A stretch of DNA of 63,473 bases, the filler included, from Octopus bimaculoides (taxonomy: Eukaryota): assembly GCF_001194135.2 (NCBI RefSeq). It is 4 parts of 3 records of this genome, joined end to end, with 100 filler letters (N's around TTAATTAATTAA, not from the genome) between each part and the next. Parts side by side here need not be neighbours in the genome. Positions count along the whole stretch, not along the records: positions 57,180 to 63,473 come from NW_026369488.1; 3 more parts are not named here. The stretch is one strand, 5' to 3'. Each line of letters opens with the position of its first letter. Position 1 is the first letter of the stretch. This document shows positions 63,436-63,473 of the stretch, in pieces. Under the pieces are notes generated by a model. The model was not told the DNA's origin, ran no database searches, and saw nothing but the letters and a program-made list of their open reading frames with translations. The position numbers and the translations under genes were made by a program.

Positions 63436-63473
<38 letters not shown>

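Overview
AT-rich, microsatellite-saturated eukaryotic DNA with many N gaps. It is most likely an octopus scaffold, probably Octopus bimaculoides; this is an inference from SINE types, microsatellite density and gap style, not a database result. No host protein-coding gene can be recognised. Most ORF-track entries are artefacts of N runs and microsatellites. The supportable content is mobile DNA: four R4/Dong-clade non-LTR retrotransposon pieces (all minus strand, all abutting (TAA)n arrays, twice stacked on one array), a HERO-type RLE element 3' end, several Penelope-like relics with minimal hammerhead-ribozyme (HHR) motifs, about 20 tRNA-derived SINE copies or fragments, and Tc1/mariner/Tigger MITEs. 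The most interesting signals are a scrambled-order hammerhead core in the structured HERO 3' UTR (18868-18994), a palindromic-stem-III minimal HHR (41901-41948), a pre-miRNA-like hairpin (36802-36893), a cluster of fold-back SINE pairs with a perfect 30-bp palindrome (43.4-45.1 kb), and several orphan exon-like segments. All folds and translations were done by eye; boundaries are approximate unless a TSD, TIR or splice site is cited.
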